DNA of 32,000 nucleotides from Dickeya dadantii NCPPB 898 (GTDB lineage Bacteria; Pseudomonadota; Gammaproteobacteria; Enterobacterales; Enterobacteriaceae): NCBI RefSeq assembly GCF_000406145.1, contig NZ_CM001976.1, positions 2,383,543 to 2,415,542 of the forward strand, read 5' to 3'. Shown piece by piece: positions 29,217 to 32,000 of this stretch (position 1 is its first letter; each line of letters starts with the position of its first letter). The notes under the pieces were generated by a model. It saw only the letters and a program-made list of their open reading frames with translations, ran no database searches and was not told where the DNA came from. The position numbers and the translations under genes were made by a program.

Positions 29217-30773
29217 ATGAACTTAAACGAACACGCCACACACCAAGATTTGGATGCTATGTTCAGGGAAAAAGGCTACGTCAAATTAACCAGCCATAAG
29301 GATCTGGCGCACGAGTTAGACGATATCCGGGACTTATTGCAAAAAGCGATGGTGCTGGAACACGCGGTAATCCCCCCCTACCTTACAATGCTTTATACGA
29401 TGAATGACGACATCGATCCGCGTGTCCCCGAGGTGATTCATTCCGTCGTGATTGAAGAAATGCTGCATTTTGTCATGGTCGGCAACCTGCTGAATGCGGT
29501 GGGCGGCACGCCAAATATCAGCGGCCACGATTTTTTGCCCGATTACCCGGCCACGCTGCCGTTCGGCATCGAAGATCTGGAAATTCAGCTACACCCGTTT
29601 TCTCAGCACGCCATACATCAGGCGATGCAAATCGAACACCCGAAATACGTGCGTCCGGACGTGGTAGCCAGCCATGTCTGCAGCGACATGTCGATCGGCG
29701 AATACTACGTCTATATCGAATCACGCCTGCGGGCGGCGGTGGAATCTTTCGGCGAAAAGGCCGTGTTCTGCGGCGACCCCACCCGCCAGATTGAGCCGGA
29801 GCAGTTCTGCCACGGTTCCTACGGCGCCGTCATTCCGGTGACCGATCTGGACAGCGCGGTCGCCAGCCTGCGTCAGATTTGCGATCAGGGCGAAGGCTCG
29901 CCGCACAATATCTGGCAGGGCGAAGACAATGACGTCCCGCACTATTATCGCTTCAACGAAATCTACTGCGAGCGGCTGTACGCCCACGGCGACACCATCG
30001 CCAGCGGCCCGACCGGCGAACCGTTGACGATCGAATGGGACAAGGCCGTCAGAACCCACAGCGCGGCCAAAGTCAGCGACTATCCGGAAGGCGAGTTGCA
30101 CAAGGCGATTGTGCGCTTCAACCGTCGCTACTGCGAATTGCTGGAAAACCTACAGTTGGCGCTGTCCGGCCGCCCGTTAAAACTCACCCCGGCGGTGATG
30201 GCGATGGGCGCGCTGCGGGAGGATTTCCGGGCGATCGTCTCCCATCCGTTCCCCGGCGACAACGCCTACCGCGCGGCGCCGACGTTCGAGTATACCCCGC
30301 CGCCGCCGCCGCGTTTTCAGGCCAAGAGTCAGGCGGTCACGTTCTCCAACAACCAGGCTACGCTGGAGAAACTCGGTCAGGCCTATGCCGCGGGCGACCT
30401 GCCGATGGCGCTCACCTGCCTGAGCGAACAGTTGGTGTGGGACATGACCGGCCCGGTGGATGTGCCTTATACCGGCGTGTTCTACGGCCACGAAGGTTTC
30501 TCCCGTTTCTGGTCGCTGATGAGCCAGACGGTAGAATTCAGCAGCGAAGTGGTGGAAAAAGTCTTCTTCAGCGACAATCAGGCAATGGCTTACGGCAGCC
30601 AGCAGGGGATCACCAAATCCACCCGCGTGCCTTACAGTTACGACTGGGCGATACGCTATGAGTTCACCGACGACCACCGTATCCGGCTGATGCGCAACTA
30701 CTTCAACCCGATGCGTATTCAGGCCGCGCTGGCCGCTACGCCGCCGAAACCGCGCTCGTTCATCAACAAGTAA
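29217..30773 (+). CDS. Ferritin-like (VioB/RebD-N-terminal-type) domain protein fused to a C-terminal SnoaL/NTF2-like domain
   Basis: 518 aa. The N-terminal half has LLQKAMVLEHAVIPPYLTMLYTM and VVIEEMLHFVMVGNLLNAVGG (ExxH-type helices of the ferritin-like superfamily). The last ~130 aa (ATLEKLGQAYAAGDL...WAIRYEFTDDHRIRLMRNYFNP) look like an NTF2/SnoaL fold. Confidence 0.7.
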   Translation: MNLNEHATHQDLDAMFREKGYVKLTSHKDLAHELDDIRDLLQKAMVLEHAVIPPYLTMLYTMNDDIDPRVPEVIHSVVIEEMLHFVMVGNLLNAVGGTPNISGHDFLPDYPATLPFGIEDLEIQLHPFSQHAIHQAMQIEHPKYVRPDVVASHVCSDMSIGEYYVYIESRLRAAVESFGEKAVFCGDPTRQIEPEQFCHGSYGAVIPVTDLDSAVASLRQICDQGEGSPHNIWQGEDNDVPHYYRFNEIYCERLYAHGDTIASGPTGEPLTIEWDKAVRTHSAAKVSDYPEGELHKAIVRFNRRYCELLENLQLALSGRPLKLTPAVMAMGALREDFRAIVSHPFPGDNAYRAAPTFEYTPPPPPRFQAKSQAVTFSNNQATLEKLGQAYAAGDLPMALTCLSEQLVWDMTGPVDVPYTGVFYGHEGFSRFWSLMSQTVEFSSEVVEKVFFSDNQAMAYGSQQGITKSTRVPYSYDWAIRYEFTDDHRIRLMRNYFNPMRIQAALAATPPKPRSFINK

Positions 30774-30797
30774 CGCGCACGATTTCTTCTCTTTCCC

Positions 30798-30826
30798 GCA
30801 CCGCCAGCCCGGCGGTGCTTTTTTTT
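30798..30826 (+). terminator. Rho-independent terminator of the ferritin-like gene
   Basis: gcaccgcc (30798-30805) pairs with ggcggtgc (30811-30818) around a 5-nt loop, followed by eight T. Confidence 0.85.
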
Positions 30827-30856
30827 CGCTTCACAGACTTTTTTCGCCTCACAGAC
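30821..30856. repeat. 18-bp tandem duplication (TTTTTTCGCYTCACAGAC x2)
   Basis: 30821-30838 and 30839-30856 match 17/18. The second copy contains the stop codon and last codons of the minus-strand IMPase gene. Confidence 0.8.
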
Positions 30857-31613
30857 TGAAGAACGGCTCCACGATCTGCTGCACGTCGGGGATGGCGGTC
30901 GCCACATGCATACCGCCCACCTCATAACTTCCGCGATATTTCACCACCAGCCCGGCTTCCGTACAGATCACCACCCCGGCGGCGATATCCCAGATGCTGG
31001 TGTTTTTCTCCACGTAACCGTCAGTAAACCCCAACGCGGCAAACCCCAGTCCGACAGTAGCGCAGCGATAGCGCGCCACCGCCCAGCCTTCATCACGCAG
31101 GTAGCCGTCCAGCATCGCCACTTCCGCCGCCGCCCACTTATTACTTTCCCCCAGCGCCACCAGCCGAACCTCGCTGAACGGCACCTGACGGCGATACGGC
31201 ATCCCGTTACGCCATACGCCGCAGCCTATCGCCGCCGACAGCGTCAGGTTCAACATCGGCAACGCAACGGTGCCGACCATCGCCAGCCCGTTTTCGACAT
31301 ACCCGATCGAAATGCCCCACAGCGGCAAACCGCGCAAAAAGTTGGTGGTGCCGTCTATCGGGTCGATGGCCCAGAAACTATCGCCGGCTTCGCCGCCCAT
31401 TTCTTCGCCCAGAATAGCGTCCTGCGGAAACGCCTCCCGCAGACGGTCGCGGATCAACTGCTCGACCTGCCGGTCCGCATCCGACACAAAATCATTGGCG
31501 GATTTCTGTTCCACCACCACGCTGTCACGCCGGGCAAACAACTGCCTTGCCAGCAACGCCGCTTCCTCCATGACCGTGTTGGCGGTCTCAAAGCGCAACT
31601 GCAAATCAGACAT
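30849..31613 (-). CDS. Inositol monophosphatase-family phosphatase (SuhB/IMPase-like)
   Basis: 254 aa with the motifs ILGEE, WAIDPIDGTTNF and WDIAAG. SD GGAGG lies 6 nt upstream of the ATG at 31613. Confidence 0.9.
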   Translation of the reverse strand: MSDLQLRFETANTVMEEAALLARQLFARRDSVVVEQKSANDFVSDADRQVEQLIRDRLREAFPQDAILGEEMGGEAGDSFWAIDPIDGTTNFLRGLPLWGISIGYVENGLAMVGTVALPMLNLTLSAAIGCGVWRNGMPYRRQVPFSEVRLVALGESNKWAAAEVAMLDGYLRDEGWAVARYRCATVGLGFAALGFTDGYVEKNTSIWDIAAGVVICTEAGLVVKYRGSYEVGGMHVATAIPDVQQIVEPFFSL

Positions 31614-31628
31614 TATATCCTCCGGTTA

Positions 31629-31705
31629 TCAACCCACTTTGGCTCTCACCCCAGTTTGGTTCTCACCCCAGCTTGGTTCTCACCCCAGCTTGGTTATCAA
31701 CCCAG
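31629..31705. repeat. Tandem array of about 4.5 units of 17 bp (TCACCCCAGCTTGGTTC)
   Basis: Units at 31629, 31646, 31663 and 31680, plus a partial unit at 31697. The middle units match 16/17. The array fills 68 of the 83 intergenic bp between the GDPD-like stop and the IMPase SD. Confidence 0.9.
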
Positions 31706-31999
31706 CAAATCGGGAATATCAGACAGGATCGTCTGGGCGCCATTATCGAGGAAGCGCCGGGCCTGAGCGGCATCATTGACGACTGCCACCGCGTATTCGA
31801 TATCGCTGTCCGCCAGGATGTGCTGGGCCTCGTCATCCAGCAGCTCCGACAGGCAGTGCAAAATCTGGCAATGGGTTTCCTGCAACAACGCCACCGGGCG
31901 CCTGGGCGGCACCACCACGGCAAACGCCCGCGGTACATCCGGCATCAGCCGCGCCGCCGCCTGAATGGAACGAACGGAAAAACTCGACAGAAACAGCCG
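31697..31999 (-). CDS. 3' part of a glycerophosphodiester phosphodiesterase (GDPD/UgpQ-like) gene that starts beyond the window
   Basis: The minus-strand frame is open to the window edge: ...LFLSSFSVRSIQAAARLMPDVPRAFAVVV...EYAVAVVNDAAQARRFLDNGAQTILSDIPDLLG. The SSF, P-x-PR and VN-x-x-x-A-x-x-L-x-x-G-x-x-x-I-x-[ST]D-x-P pattern resembles the C-terminal half of UgpQ/GDPD proteins. Confidence 0.6.
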   Translation of the reverse strand, partial: RLFLSSFSVRSIQAAARLMPDVPRAFAVVVPPRRPVALLQETHCQILHCLSELLDDEAQHILADSDIEYAVAVVNDAAQARRFLDNGAQTILSDIPDLLG

Positions 32000-32000
32000 C

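Overview
This looks like a chromosomal segment from a Dickeya (Erwinia chrysanthemi group) soft-rot enterobacterium. The centre (6.2-17.8 kb, minus strand) is the well-known serralysin metalloprotease / type I secretion locus, in the order prtG, inh-prtD-prtE-prtF, prtB, prtC, prtA. The left flank holds a partial unknown CDS, a two-micro-ORF unit missing from the ORF track, and two divergent TetR regulators. It also holds an orphan periplasmic solute-binding protein bracketed by tandem repeats, and kup. The right flank starts with a qorB/ytfG-like NmrA oxidoreductase and a tightly coupled srfA-srfB-srfC-like operon (6.8 kb, biochemical function unknown). Next come a Tat-less small subunit plus GMC flavoprotein pair and a ferritin-like/NTF2-like fusion protein. 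The window ends with an inositol-monophosphatase-family gene and the 3' end of a GDPD-family gene. I recognised no rRNA, tRNA, CRISPR, transposase or integrase. The best candidate for an under-described system is the srfABC-like module. I read actin/Hsp70-fold ATPase motifs in SrfB, P-loop plus dynamin-like G motifs in SrfC, and a bitopic membrane-anchor architecture in SrfA. The second candidate is the GMC/ferritin-like oxidative module. The window is also unusually rich in 16-19 bp intergenic tandem repeat arrays. All family calls come from motif reading by eye; no database search was run.
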